Assembly (NCBI GenBank): GCA_036398155.1
Contig: DASWHO010000423.1
Span: 3,003-67,002, forward strand
DNA length: 64,000 nt
DNA from: Acidobacteriota bacterium
Lineage (GTDB): Bacteria > Acidobacteriota > DASWHO01
Direction of reading: 5' to 3'
In this document: positions 19,464-29,572 of the stretch, piece after piece
Position numbering within the stretch: position 1 is the stretch's first letter
Layout: each line of letters starts with the position of its first letter
Position numbers and translations under genes: made by a program
Notes under the pieces: model-generated
The model's input: the letters and a program-made list of their open reading frames with translations, nothing else
What the model was told of the DNA's origin: nothing
Databases searched by the model: none

Positions 19464-21782
19464 ATGCTGGGGGCTCCCGAGCCGGTGAAAAAGATCGGCA
19501 AATACGAGGTTCAGCGCGAGCTCGGTCGCGGCGCCATGGCGGTGGTCTATGAGGCGATCGACACCGCGATCGAGCGCACCGTCGCGATCAAGGTCATCGC
19601 CGAAGGCCTGCTGCAGGGCGAGGAGGCGCGGCGCCGCTTTTACCAAGAGGCGCGCAGCGCCGGCCGGCTGTCGCATGAGAACATCCTGGTCATCTACGAC
19701 CTCGGCGAAGACGGCGGCCACCCGTTCATCGCCATGGAGCACCTGCGCGGCACCGATCTCAGGCGCCAGCTCGACCGCGACGGTCCGCCGAGCCTCCAAC
19801 GCACGCTCGATATCGCCGCCCAGATCGGGCGCGGACTCGAATACGCCCATCAGAACGGCGTCATCCATCGCGACATCAAGCCCTCCAACATCTGTCTGAC
19901 CCAGAGCGGCCGGGTCAAAATCATGGATTTCGGCATCGCCAAGCTGGTGTCGGCCGAAATGACTCGCACCGGACAGACCTTGGGCACCCCGTACTACATG
20001 GCGCCCGAACAGGTTCAAGGCGCCAAGATCGACGGCCGAGCCGACATCTTCGCCTTCGGCGTGGTGCTGTATGAGCTGCTGACCGGCGTGCGTCCGTTCG
20101 AGGGCAGCGACATGGCCAGCGTGCTCTACAAGGTCGTATTCAAGCCGCCGCCGCCGCTGCCGGAAGCACTGCCGGCCGCGCTCAAGGCCGTCGTCGAGCG
20201 CTGCCTGGCCAAGGATCCGGAGCAGCGCTACCCGGACTTTTCCGCGGTGCTGGTCGATCTCGAGCGTCTGGGCAGGGAGATCGCCGCCAACGAGGAGAGC
20301 CAGAAGACCCGCGTGGGGCTCGACCGAACCGTGGCGCGCACCCCGGCGGCCGCGCCTCCCGCCGCCACCCAGCGGCTTGCGCGCGGCGCTGAAACTCCGC
20401 CCCCGGCGGCGCCGCCATCGCTCGCCCCGGCGGCCGCCGCGCCGCTCGAGCCGGCCGCGGAGCGAGCCGAACCGATCGAGCTCGGCCCGCCGGACCGCCA
20501 GAGCCGCACCCGCACCGCCCTGCTGATCGCCGGCGCCGCCGGCATACTGGTGGTCGCGGCCGTTGCCGGTCTGCTGCTCGGTCGCGGCGAGGCTCCGCAG
20601 CGCTCGGCCGATTCGAATCCGGGTCCGACCGGCGCGGCTTCGACTCCGCCCGCGGTCGTTCCGGAGCCGGTTGAAGCCGGCCCAGCCCCCGATGGGGCCG
20701 GCGCCGCGACGGATTCACAGGCTGCGCCCGAAGCCGGGCCGACCTCACCGCCGGCGCAACCAGCCGCTGGCCCGTCGCAACCAACCACGGTCCCGACACC
20801 GAAATCGAAAAGCCCGCCGCCCAACCCACCGCGCGAGACCGCCGCGCCGTCCCCCTCCGCCATGCTGGTCCGGCAAGTCGAAGAGCAGGCGGCGGCGTTC
20901 CGGCGCGAGGTCGACCCGGAGCTGGCCGAGCGCACCGCGCCGGAGGACTTCGGCGCCGCCGCCGATCTCGAGCGGCAGCTCTTGGAACGCGCCCGCCGCG
21001 GCGATGCCGCGGTGCTCGGCGAGCTCCCCAGGCTCGGACAACGCTTCAACCGGGTTCAGGCGCGGGCGCTTTTGAGCCGGCTTCACGACCAAGTGCTGGA
21101 GGTCAAACAAGACGCCGCCAAGGCCGGTGCGCCCGGCCGCGCCAGCGCGCAATGGAGCGCCGCCGAAAGGCTGCTGCAGCAAGCCGGCGAACTGCGCTCG
21201 AACGGCAACTTGCGGGCCGCCGGGGCGGCGCTGCTCCAAGCCGAGCCGCTGTACCGCGAAGCGGCCGCGGAGGCGCGCGCCGCCGCGGCCGCGGAAGCGC
21301 ACGCCCGGATCTTGGCCAGCGCCCAAGAGGCCCTCGGCCGAGGCGATCCGGACGCGGCGCTGGCGGCGCTGAAAACGCTGCCGGAGGCGGAGCTCAAGCG
21401 GCCCAAGACCGCCGAGCTGCTGGCCCAGATCGAGCGGCTGCGGCGCGCGGCCGCGCCGACCACGGCGGCCAAAGAGACCGCTCCGCCCGCTCCGGCCTCC
21501 GAGCCCGCGCCGCGGGCGGTGGCGCCCGAGCCGGACGGCGCGATCCCGGTCAGCATCCGGCTGGCCAACGTCGTCGGCGTGCGCCGGGTGACGCTCTTTT
21601 TCGGCTCGCTCGGGACCGGCGTGCGCCCCAACCGGCGGATCATGAAGTCGGTCGGCGACGCGACCTACAGGACCGAGCTCGATCCCAAGGACATCGGCTC
21701 GGATGGGATCAGCTACGAGATCCAGGTCCAAACCGTCAACGGGTCGTACATCGCGGACCGCCGCGAAATCCGCCCCCGTTAA
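19464..21782 (+). CDS. Ser/Thr protein kinase with long Pro/Ala-rich low-complexity linker, a helical (TPR-like) region and a C-terminal domain of unknown function
   Basis: Hanks kinase subdomains (GRGAMAVVYEA..AIK; HRDIKPSN; DFGIAK; GTPYYMAPE). Single TM-like segment (ALLIAGAAGILVVAAVAGLLL) after the kinase domain. Confidence 0.75.
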   Translation: MLGAPEPVKKIGKYEVQRELGRGAMAVVYEAIDTAIERTVAIKVIAEGLLQGEEARRRFYQEARSAGRLSHENILVIYDLGEDGGHPFIAMEHLRGTDLRRQLDRDGPPSLQRTLDIAAQIGRGLEYAHQNGVIHRDIKPSNICLTQSGRVKIMDFGIAKLVSAEMTRTGQTLGTPYYMAPEQVQGAKIDGRADIFAFGVVLYELLTGVRPFEGSDMASVLYKVVFKPPPPLPEALPAALKAVVERCLAKDPEQRYPDFSAVLVDLERLGREIAANEESQKTRVGLDRTVARTPAAAPPAATQRLARGAETPPPAAPPSLAPAAAAPLEPAAERAEPIELGPPDRQSRTRTALLIAGAAGILVVAAVAGLLLGRGEAPQRSADSNPGPTGAASTPPAVVPEPVEAGPAPDGAGAATDSQAAPEAGPTSPPAQPAAGPSQPTTVPTPKSKSPPPNPPRETAAPSPSAMLVRQVEEQAAAFRREVDPELAERTAPEDFGAAADLERQLLERARRGDAAVLGELPRLGQRFNRVQARALLSRLHDQVLEVKQDAAKAGAPGRASAQWSAAERLLQQAGELRSNGNLRAAGAALLQAEPLYREAAAEARAAAAAEAHARILASAQEALGRGDPDAALAALKTLPEAELKRPKTAELLAQIERLRRAAAPTTAAKETAPPAPASEPAPRAVAPEPDGAIPVSIRLANVVGVRRVTLFFGSLGTGVRPNRRIMKSVGDATYRTELDPKDIGSDGISYEIQVQTVNGSYIADRREIRPR

Positions 21783-22310
21783 CCCGGCGGCGGATCTGCC
21801 GCCATCTGCTTCGTTGCGCTTGGTCGGGCTCCTCCAGCGTACGTTTCAGTACGCTTCCGTCGCCCTCCCAGCGCGCGCCTCGCATCTGACGGCAGCTCCA
21901 CCGCCCACCATGCCGTGCTGTGGTGCTGGCGTGGGCTTTGTGCCCGTTCGGCGACTTCGCTTCGCTCGTCTCGCCCTGGTCCGCGCGCGCAGCGCTGCAG
22001 CTCGTCATTCCGGTGCAAGCGGCATCCAAAGCCCAGGCTGACGTAGATCCGCCGGCATGCAGTTGCCAAATGACGTCGCGTGCCGTACCGCAGAAGGGCG
22101 GCGGAAGGCCGCAGGATGGAGACGAGCGAAGCGAGGTCGACCCGAACGTGCACAGCACCCGCCCCAGCACCAGTGCACGGGGCAGAGGGCGGTGGAGAGG
22201 GTGCCGGATGCGAGGCGGGCGAAAGGAGGCCGACGGAAGCGTACTGAAAGGTACGCTGGAGGAGGCCGACTGAGCCCAACGAAGCAGACGGCGCCCTATC
22301 CGCCGCCGGG
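21783..22310. repeat. 528-bp quasi-palindrome formed by two convergent copies of the post-stop repeat (sense to STK at left, sense to rplQ at right) around a degenerate GTCATTCCGGTGCAAGCGGCATCCA hairpin
   Basis: Left arm 21786-21972 and the reverse complement of right arm 22119-22308 align over ~185 bp. Heads CCCGGCGGCGGATCTGCCGCC / CCCGGCGGCGGATAGGGCGCC each start within 4 nt of a stop codon. Confidence 0.7.
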
Positions 22311-22910
22311 CTACTTGGCGTTGTCGTCTTTGGGCGGTTGTTGCTTGCGCAACTTGTCGGTCTTGGCCGATTTGGCCTTGGCCTTGTCGCGGCCCAAGCC
22401 GCCTTTGAGCTTGTCGACCAGTTTGCGGGTCCGGCCCTTGGCTGGCCCGGCCGCGGCGCCGGATTCGGCCGCGCCCGCCGCCGCGCCCTTCTCCCCGGCC
22501 GCAGGGGCGCTCTTCTTCTTGCCCTCGGCCTTCTTCTCGGTCCGCAGCGGCTTGGTGGAATCGACCAGCTCGATCAGCGCCATTTCGGCGCCGTCGCCGA
22601 TCCGCTGCCCGAGCTTGGTGATCCGGGTGTAGCCGCCGGGCCGCTCGGCGTAGCGCCCGGAGAGCGTATCGAACAGATTGTGCAGCACCGCGCGATCGCG
22701 CACGATCGCCGCCGCCTGGCGGCGCGCGTGCAAGCCCTCCCGCTTCGACAGCGTGATCACCTTCTCAGCGAAACGGCGCAGCTCCTTGGCCCGCGGCAGG
22801 GTGGTCACCACCCGCTCTTCGCGCAGCAGCGAAGTGGTCATGTTGCGCAGCATCGCCTGGCGGTGCTTGGTCACCACCCCGAGCTTGCGCTGTCGAATTC
22901 GATGTCGCAT
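22311..22910 (-). CDS. rplQ: 50S ribosomal protein L17 with ~70-aa Lys/Ala-rich C-terminal extension
   Basis: '[47 protein letters not shown]' L17 core. The tail is rich in K/A/G. Confidence 0.85.
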   Translation of the reverse strand: MRHRIRQRKLGVVTKHRQAMLRNMTTSLLREERVVTTLPRAKELRRFAEKVITLSKREGLHARRQAAAIVRDRAVLHNLFDTLSGRYAERPGGYTRITKLGQRIGDGAEMALIELVDSTKPLRTEKKAEGKKKSAPAAGEKGAAAGAAESGAAAGPAKGRTRKLVDKLKGGLGRDKAKAKSAKTDKLRKQQPPKDDNAK

Positions 22911-22967
22911 CGTGCTTCTCCCTGATTCGCAGCTCCCGGTCTGCGGGCTCCCGAAACCGCCCGCGCC

Positions 22968-23951
22968 CTATTCGGCGTGGCGCGGGAAGCCTTCGATCTT
23001 CATCCCCAGACTGAGCTGCATCTCGGCCAACACTTCCTTAATCTCATTGAGCGACTTGTGGCCGAAGTTCTTGGTTTTGAGCAGATCCGCTTCGGTCTTG
23101 CTGACCAGCTCGCCGATGGTCTGGATGTGGGCGTTCTTGAGGCAGTTGTAGGCCCGCACCGAAAGCTCGAGCTCCTCGATGCTACGCGACAGGTTCTCGT
23201 TGAGCAGCGCCGGCGAAACCCGATGATCGGTTTCCAGCGGGATCATCTCTTCACGCACCCCGACGAAGATCGTCAGATGGGTCTTGAGCAGCTCGGCCGC
23301 GTTGCCCAGCGCTTCCTGCGGCGTGATCGTGCCGTTGGTCCAGATCTCCAGGGTCAGCTTGTCGTAGTCGGTCGCTTGACCGACCCGGGCGTCTTCGACC
23401 GTGTAATTGACGCGCCGGATCGGCGAGTGCACGCTGTCGAGCGGAATGTAGCCGATCGCCAGATCCTCGTCGAAATTGCGCTCCGCGCTGACGTAACCGC
23501 GACCGGTCTTGATCCGCAGCTCCAGCTTGAGCCGCACGCTTTCGTTGATGGTGGCCAGGTGAATGCCCTTGTCGACGATCTCGACCTGAGCATCTTCCTT
23601 GATGTCGGCGGCGGTCACCTCGCCCGGCCCCTTGACGTCCACGGTCAAGGTCCTGGGCTCCTCCCCGTGCAAGACCAACGGGATCTTCTTGAGGTTGAGC
23701 ACGATATCGGTGACATCCTCGACCACGCCGGGTATCGATGAGAACTCGTGGAGCACGCCTTCGATGCGCACCGCGGTGATCGCCGCGCCTTCGATCGAAG
23801 ACAAAAGCACGCGCCGCAGGGCGTTGCCGATCGTGGTTCCAAAGCCGCGTTCGAACGGTTGGGCGAAAAACTTGCCATACAGCGCCGAGGCGGTCTCCGG
23901 GTCGAACTCGAGCCGTCGCGGGCGCTGGAATCCTTTGAGTATCATGCTCAT
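22968..23951 (-). CDS. rpoA: DNA-directed RNA polymerase subunit alpha
   Basis: '[52 protein letters not shown]' plus C-terminal alphaCTD ([18 protein letters not shown]). Confidence 0.9.
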   Translation of the reverse strand: MSMILKGFQRPRRLEFDPETASALYGKFFAQPFERGFGTTIGNALRRVLLSSIEGAAITAVRIEGVLHEFSSIPGVVEDVTDIVLNLKKIPLVLHGEEPRTLTVDVKGPGEVTAADIKEDAQVEIVDKGIHLATINESVRLKLELRIKTGRGYVSAERNFDEDLAIGYIPLDSVHSPIRRVNYTVEDARVGQATDYDKLTLEIWTNGTITPQEALGNAAELLKTHLTIFVGVREEMIPLETDHRVSPALLNENLSRSIEELELSVRAYNCLKNAHIQTIGELVSKTEADLLKTKNFGHKSLNEIKEVLAEMQLSLGMKIEGFPRHAE

Positions 23952-24012
23952 GAGCCTCCTTCAATGCCGCTCGGCGTCTGCTGCCGGGCGGCGCGGGCGC
24001 GCGGCCCTTAGG

Positions 24013-24435
24013 TTACACGCGGCGCCGCTTGGGCGGCCGGCAGCCGTTGTGCGGGATCGGCGTCGCATCTTTGATCGAGCGCACTTCGATCCCGATCGCT
24101 TGCAACGAGCGGATCGCGGATTCGCGCCCCGAGCCGGGTCCCTTGACCAACACATCGAGGCGCCGAATACCGTGCTCCTTGGCCTTGTTGCCGGCGGTCT
24201 GGGCCGCGAGTTGGGCCGCGAACGGCGTGCCCTTGCGCGAGCCCTTGAATCCGATCGAGCCAGCGCTCGACCAAGACAGCACGTTGCCTTCGGGGTCGGT
24301 GATGCTGATGATCGTGTTGTTGAAGCTGGCCTGAATATAGGCGATGCCGCGGCTCACCGAGCGCCCGGCCTTGGCCTTGCGCTTGGCCGGGGTTTCGGCT
24401 GGGGTTTCTTTGTCGCTCTTTTCGATGTCCGCCAT
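24013..24435 (-). CDS. rpsK: 30S ribosomal protein S11
   Basis: '[46 protein letters not shown]'. Confidence 0.9.
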   Translation of the reverse strand: MADIEKSDKETPAETPAKRKAKAGRSVSRGIAYIQASFNNTIISITDPEGNVLSWSSAGSIGFKGSRKGTPFAAQLAAQTAGNKAKEHGIRRLDVLVKGPGSGRESAIRSLQAIGIEVRSIKDATPIPHNGCRPPKRRRV

Positions 24436-24467
24436 ACGTTTCTATCCTTTCCAGCTCGCCTGCTGGC

Positions 24468-24887
24468 CTAGGCCGCGCCGGCCGCCGGCGGTCCGGCGCT
24501 CGGACGCCGCGTACGGGCGCGCGACAAGGCCTTGCTCGGTCGCGGTCCTTTCAAGGTGCGCGCGTTGGTGTGGGTGCGTTGGCCACGGCACGGCAGGCTC
24601 TTGCGATGCCGGTAGCCGCGATAGGAGCCGATCTCGATCAGACGCTTGACGTTGAGCGAGACCTCCTTGCGCAGCTCACCTTCGATCCGCCCGCCGAGCG
24701 CGCGGTCGATTTCCTGGCGAATTCGGCTGACCTGTTCCTCGGTCAGATCTTTGGCCCGAATCGCGCCGTCGATCTTGGTCGCATCGCAGAGCCTGCGGGC
24801 GGTGATTCGCCCGATCCCGAAGATGTAGGTCAGTGCGATGTCGATGCGCTTTTCGCGCGGGACATCGACTCCAGCAATACGCGGCAT
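24468..24887 (-). CDS. rpsM: 30S ribosomal protein S13 (short C-terminal extension)
   Basis: '[47 protein letters not shown]'. Confidence 0.85.
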   Translation of the reverse strand: MPRIAGVDVPREKRIDIALTYIFGIGRITARRLCDATKIDGAIRAKDLTEEQVSRIRQEIDRALGGRIEGELRKEVSLNVKRLIEIGSYRGYRHRKSLPCRGQRTHTNARTLKGPRPSKALSRARTRRPSAGPPAAGAA

Positions 24888-24897
24888 ACGATCTCCT

Positions 24898-25011
24898 CTA
24901 GCCTTGGCGCTGCTTGTGTTTGGGGATCTCGCAGATCACCCGCAACACGCCGCGGCGCCTGATAATCTTGCATTTTGCGCAAATCCGCTTGACGCTGCTT
25001 CGTACTTTCAT
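24898..25011 (-). CDS. rpmJ: 50S ribosomal protein L36
   Basis: '[37 protein letters not shown]' (37 aa). GGAG Shine-Dalgarno upstream. The track ORF is an N-terminal run-on. Confidence 0.85.
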   Translation of the reverse strand: MKVRSSVKRICAKCKIIRRRGVLRVICEIPKHKQRQG

Positions 25012-25024
25012 GACTTTCGACTCC

Positions 25025-25865
25025 CTAGGGGGCGCGCTGGAGCGACGCCCCGATCGAGCGCGCATCGGCCAGCGAACCGCCCGCTTCGGCCTCAAGCTCC
25101 ATCGCCCGGTCCGGCGATTCGAGCCGACTCAGAATCCACGGACCGTTCTCCGTAATCGCTACCGAATGCTCGAAATGCGCCGACAACTTTCGATCGCAGG
25201 TCACGGCGGTCCAGTGATCCTCCAGAACCTCGACCTCCGGTCCGCCTTGATTGACCATCGGCTCGATCGCCAGGACCATGCCCGGCGCCAGCTTCGGGCC
25301 CCGGCCCGGCGCCCCGTAGTTGGGCAGCTGCGGCTCCTCATGGAGCTGGGTCCCGATGCCGTGGCCCACGAAATCCCGCACCACGGAAAAGCCATAGGCT
25401 TCGGCGCAGTGCTGAATCTGGTGGGAGATGTCGCTGAGCCGGTTCCCGGGGCGAGCCGCCTCGATCCCAGCATAAAGAGCCCGCTCGGTCGCTTCCAGTA
25501 GGCGCCGCGCTTCGGCCCCCACCGGGCCGATCGCGACCGTAATGGCGCTGTCGCCGTAATAGCCGTCCAGCAGCACTCCCAAGTCGATGCTGACGATATC
25601 GCCTTCCCGCAGCCTGCGCCGCGGCGACGGAATGCCGTGCACCACCTCCTCGTTGATCGAGGTGCAGAGACAGGCCGGATAGCCGCGATAGCCCTTGAAA
25701 GCCGCCCGCGCCCCGGCACCCTCGACCCGCTCGAGCGCGAGCCGCTCGAGGTCGTAGGTGGTGGCGCCGGCCACACAGGCCTGCCGGAGCGCGGCCAGGA
25801 TCTGGGCCACCAAGACGTTGCTGCGCCGCAGCTTGGCCAGCTCAGCGCCGCTCTTGATCACGATC
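25025..25865 (-). CDS. map: Methionine aminopeptidase type I (with ~30-aa C-terminal extension)
   Basis: Start [14 protein letters not shown]. Metal ligands in [20 protein letters not shown]. The track ORF over-extends upstream. Confidence 0.85.
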
Positions 25866-26523
25866 ATGCTTGCGACTCCAACACCCGCTCGATGCGCCGG
25901 CGGACCTCGTCGACCGTGCCGCGGCCGTCGATCGCCACGAATGGAAAGCCCTGCTTGTAGAACTCCAACAGCGGTGCGGTGTGCTGGTGGTACTCCCGCA
26001 GCCGCTCGGCGACCACCTCGGGCCGATCGTCCTCGCGCTGGGCCAACTCGGCGCCGCATGCGTCGCAGCGGCCGGCCCGCTGCGGCGGATGATCTTCGAG
26101 GTGGTAGAGCGCGCCGCAGGCGGGGCAACTGCGCCGCCCGCTGATCCGACGCACGATCTCTTCGGTCGCCAAGTCGATTTGGATCACCTGGTCGAGTCGG
26201 CGGCCCGATTCGCGCAGCAGCCGCTCGAGCAGCTCGGCCTGCTTCACCGTGCGCGGAAACCCGTCGAACACCACGCCGCCGGCGGCGGCGTCGCCGCGCA
26301 GTCGGGCCTCAACCAGCTCGCCGATGATGGCGTCGCTCACCAGCTCGCCGCGCGCCATCACGCTCTGGACCTTTCGGCCCAACTCGGTTCCGGCCGAGAT
26401 GGCTTCGCGCAGCATGTCCCCGGTGGCGAGTCGGGTCCAACCGTGGCGCTCGACCAGAATCTGAGCCTGCGTCCCCTTACCGACCCCGGGAGCGCCAAGC
26501 AAGATGATCAGCATCGCGAGCAT
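25864..26523 (-). CDS. adk: Adenylate kinase (zinc-lid type)
   Basis: P-loop 'LLGAPGVGKGTQA', lid CPACG...CDACG. Confidence 0.85.
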   Translation of the reverse strand: MLAMLIILLGAPGVGKGTQAQILVERHGWTRLATGDMLREAISAGTELGRKVQSVMARGELVSDAIIGELVEARLRGDAAAGGVVFDGFPRTVKQAELLERLLRESGRRLDQVIQIDLATEEIVRRISGRRSCPACGALYHLEDHPPQRAGRCDACGAELAQREDDRPEVVAERLREYHQHTAPLLEFYKQGFPFVAIDGRGTVDEVRRRIERVLESQA

Positions 26524-26525
26524 AC

Positions 26526-27935
26526 CTAGCCGCGCCGGCCGCGGATCCGGAAGCCGCCGCTGCCTTTGAAGAAGCCGTCGTAGTGGCGCATGATCAACTG
26601 CGATTCGATCTGATTGACCGTATCCATCGCCACCCCCACGACGATCAAAAGCGAGGTGCCGCCGAAATAGAAATTGAACCCAAAGCCCTCCATGATCCAG
26701 ACCAGATTGAAATTGGTCAGAAAGTTCTCCAGCGGCACGCCGACCCAGGGCAAGTGCTGAACCTTGAAACCGGTGATCAGAAACTCCGGCACCAGCGCCA
26801 CCACGCAGAGGTAGATCGCCCCCGCCAGGGTCAACCGCGACAGCACGCTGTCGATGTAATCGGCGGTGCGCTTGCCGGGACGGATGCCGGGAATGAACCC
26901 GCCGTATTTCTTCATGTTATCGGCCACATCGAGCGGGTTGAAGATGATCGAAGTGTAGAAGTAGCAAAAGAAGATGATGCCGGCGATGTAGAACAGATTG
27001 TACAGCGGCATGCCGAAGCTGAGCTGATCGATGAAGCCCTGCAGCCACCCCGGCGGCTCGCGAAAGGCCGAGGTCACCAGCTGCGGCAAGGTGATGATCG
27101 AGGAGGCGAAGATCACCGGGATCACGCCGCCGGTGTTGACCCGCAGCGGCAGGTGGGTCGACTGGCCGCCCATCAGCCGGCGTCCCACCACCCGTTTGGC
27201 GTACTGGACCGGAATCCGGCGTTGCCCGCGCTCGACGAAGACGATCGCTCCCACCACCGCGACCATGAAGGCCAACAGCAGCAGCACCACCAGCAGATTG
27301 CGGGTGCCGCTGCGTAGGTCCTGGAACAGCTCCAGCGCCGCTTGCGGCATGCCGACCACGATGCCGGCGAAGATGATCAGCGAGATGCCGTTGCCGACCC
27401 CGCGCTCGGAGATCTGCTCGCCGAGCCACATGATGAAGGCGGTCCCGGTGGTCAGCGTCAAGATCGTCATCAAGCGAAAGCCAAAACCCGGCTCCGGCAC
27501 CAGCGGCTGCCCCAGCGGGCTCTTGCTGTTCTCCAAGAAGATCGCGATGCCCATGCCTTGAACGATCGAGAGCAGCACGGTGCCGTAGCGGGTGTACTGG
27601 GTGATCTTGCGCCGGCCCAGCTCGCCCTCCTTGGACAGCCGCTCCAAGTAGGGCCACACCACCGTCAGCAGCTGCAGGATGATCGAGGCGCTGACGTTGG
27701 GCATGATGCCGAGCGCGAAGATCGTCATCTTCTCCATCGCGCCGCCCGAGAACAGGTTGAACAGACCGAACAAGGTGTTCTTGGCCTGTTCGAAGAACGC
27801 CAGGATCGCGTTGGTGTCGACCCCCGGGATCGGGATGTTGGCGCCGATCCGGTAGACCCCGAGCAGCAGGAAGGTATACAGCACCCGCTTGCGCAGATCG
27901 GGGATCGAGAAGATATTGCGAACCGAGTCCAGCAT
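26526..27935 (-). CDS. secY: Preprotein translocase subunit SecY
   Basis: 10-TM SecY with 'LGIMPNVSASIILQLLTVV' and conserved C-terminal region. Sits between rplO and adk. Confidence 0.9.
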   Translation of the reverse strand: MLDSVRNIFSIPDLRKRVLYTFLLLGVYRIGANIPIPGVDTNAILAFFEQAKNTLFGLFNLFSGGAMEKMTIFALGIMPNVSASIILQLLTVVWPYLERLSKEGELGRRKITQYTRYGTVLLSIVQGMGIAIFLENSKSPLGQPLVPEPGFGFRLMTILTLTTGTAFIMWLGEQISERGVGNGISLIIFAGIVVGMPQAALELFQDLRSGTRNLLVVLLLLAFMVAVVGAIVFVERGQRRIPVQYAKRVVGRRLMGGQSTHLPLRVNTGGVIPVIFASSIITLPQLVTSAFREPPGWLQGFIDQLSFGMPLYNLFYIAGIIFFCYFYTSIIFNPLDVADNMKKYGGFIPGIRPGKRTADYIDSVLSRLTLAGAIYLCVVALVPEFLITGFKVQHLPWVGVPLENFLTNFNLVWIMEGFGFNFYFGGTSLLIVVGVAMDTVNQIESQLIMRHYDGFFKGSGGFRIRGRRG

Positions 27936-27941
27936 CGAAGT

Positions 27942-28388
27942 CTAGCCCAAAACCACCGCGGTGCCGCCGGCGCTCTGAATCTTGTCCGCCGCCGACTGGC
28001 TGAATTTGTGCGCCTTGACCGTCAGCGCCACCTTGAGCTCGCCGCGGCCCAGCACCTTGATGCCGCCCTTGGGATCGCGCACCAACCGATGCTTGAGCAG
28101 CGCCGGCGGATCGACCTCGGCGCCGGCCGCGAAGGTGCGGGCCAGCTGGTCGAGGTTGACCACCGCGAATTCGATCCGGGCGAAGTTGTGGAACCCTCGC
28201 TTCGGCAGCCGCCGGTGCAGCGGCATCTGGCCGCCCTCGAACCCGCGCCGACTCTTGTAGCCGGAGCGCGACAGCTGCCCCTTGCTGCCGCGCGCGGCGG
28301 TCTTGCCGCGCCCGCTGCCGGGACCGCGCCCGACGCGCCGGACGCTCTTGCGCGATCCGCGCGCCGGTTTCAATTCATGCAGCTTCAT
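27942..28388 (-). CDS. rplO: 50S ribosomal protein L15
   Basis: '[38 protein letters not shown]'. Confidence 0.9.
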   Translation of the reverse strand: MKLHELKPARGSRKSVRRVGRGPGSGRGKTAARGSKGQLSRSGYKSRRGFEGGQMPLHRRLPKRGFHNFARIEFAVVNLDQLARTFAAGAEVDPPALLKHRLVRDPKGGIKVLGRGELKVALTVKAHKFSQSAADKIQSAGGTAVVLG

Positions 28389-28600
28389 CAGCGCTCCTCC
28401 ACGATCTCGACCAGGTGAGGAATCTTCGCCACCATGCCGCGCAGCTCAGGGCTGTCCTCGCGCTCGACCTCGTCGTGCGGGTGCTTGAGCCCCAACCCGG
28501 CCAGCACCCGCTTCTGATGGCGCGCGAAGCCGATACCGCTGCGCACCTGACGGATTCGCAGTTTGTTGCTCTTTTTGGATGCCTTTGCCATCGTCGCCAT
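28388..28600 (-). CDS. rpmD: 50S ribosomal protein L30
   Basis: '[44 protein letters not shown]'. The start may be the second ATG. Confidence 0.8.
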   Translation of the reverse strand: MATMAKASKKSNKLRIRQVRSGIGFARHQKRVLAGLGLKHPHDEVEREDSPELRGMVAKIPHLVEIVEER

Positions 28601-28611
28601 TCGCCGCGGAA

Positions 28612-29136
28612 TCAGCCCCGCAGCTCCTCCAAGCGCTTGCCGCGCTGGCTGGCGACCGTCTCAGGAGTTCGCAGCCGCTGCAGCCCGTCAAAGGTGGCCT
28701 TGACCACGTTATGAGGGTTGGTGGTCCCCAGCGACTTGGTCAGAATGTCCTTGATCCCGGCCGCTTCGATCACGGCGCGCACCGGTCCCCCGGCGATCAC
28801 GCCGGTCCCGGGCGAGGCCGGCTTGAGCAGCACTCGGCCGCTGCCGAAATGGCCCACGATCTGGTGCGGAATCGTGCTGCTCGAAAGCGGCACCTTCATC
28901 AGGTTTTTCTTGGCGCTCTCGATCGCCTTGCGAATCGCCGCGATCACCTCCTGCGCTTTGCCCATGCCGAAGCCGACTTGGCCGGCGCCGTCGCCGACCA
29001 CGACCAAGGCCGAGAAGCTCAGGTTCTTGCCGCCCTTGACCACCTTGGTGACCCGGTTGATCGCCACCACGCGATCGATGTATTCGCCGGGGCCGCGCTC
29101 GCCGCCGGAACCGCTTCGGTCTCTACTTGATCTCAT
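28612..29136 (-). CDS. rpsE: 30S ribosomal protein S5
   Basis: '[39 protein letters not shown]'. Confidence 0.9.
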   Translation of the reverse strand: MRSSRDRSGSGGERGPGEYIDRVVAINRVTKVVKGGKNLSFSALVVVGDGAGQVGFGMGKAQEVIAAIRKAIESAKKNLMKVPLSSSTIPHQIVGHFGSGRVLLKPASPGTGVIAGGPVRAVIEAAGIKDILTKSLGTTNPHNVVKATFDGLQRLRTPETVASQRGKRLEELRG

Positions 29137-29181
29137 ATTTCCTCTGGTCTCGAACCGCTGGGACGTTTCTGGTACGGGACA

Positions 29182-29544
29182 CTAGAATCGCAACCCGGCG
29201 GCGCGGAGCGAATCCGCCACCGCCTTGATCACGCCGTGGTAGCGGTAACCGCCGCGGTCCAAGACGATGCTCTCGATGCCGCGCTGCTTGAGACGCCGGG
29301 CCATTTCGGCGCCGACTTCTTTGGCGGCAGCCACCGTGCAGCGGGCGCCGCCGTGAGCGTCGCGCCAGGCCTTCTCGTTGGTCGAAAAAGCCGCCAGCGT
29401 GGTGCCGCTCAGGTCGTCGATGGCTTGCAGATAGATGTGCTGCAAGCTGCGGTAGACATTGACGCGCGGCCGCGCGCCACTGCCTTGCAGCCGGCGCCGC
29501 AGCCGCCGGTGGACCCGTATGCGTAGCTGATTCCGACTCAACAT
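29182..29544 (-). CDS. rplR: 50S ribosomal protein L18
   Basis: '[45 protein letters not shown]'. Confidence 0.9.
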   Translation of the reverse strand: MLSRNQLRIRVHRRLRRRLQGSGARPRVNVYRSLQHIYLQAIDDLSGTTLAAFSTNEKAWRDAHGGARCTVAAAKEVGAEMARRLKQRGIESIVLDRGGYRYHGVIKAVADSLRAAGLRF

Positions 29545-29572
29545 GACCTTCTATTTCCTTGCGGCTCGGAGC

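Noticed and set aside
21779-22279. Antiparallel ORFs of 166 aa (-) and 117 aa (+) inside the kinase/rplQ spacer, and the 86-aa ORF 7517-7777 after nupC, which share the 'LLQRTF' peptide.
   Set aside because: The peptide similarity only mirrors the DNA repeat. The ORFs are mirror images created by the palindrome, and one contains the REP-type 'VIPVQAASK' translation. They lack RBS and start context and run in different frames relative to the upstream stops, so stop-codon readthrough would also need a frameshift.
25025-25200. Search for infA (IF-1) between map and rpmJ, and for a separate small gene in the map C-terminal region.
   Set aside because: Manual translation of all frames shows only a C-terminal extension of MAP. 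No S1-like OB-fold ORF of ~70 aa is present.
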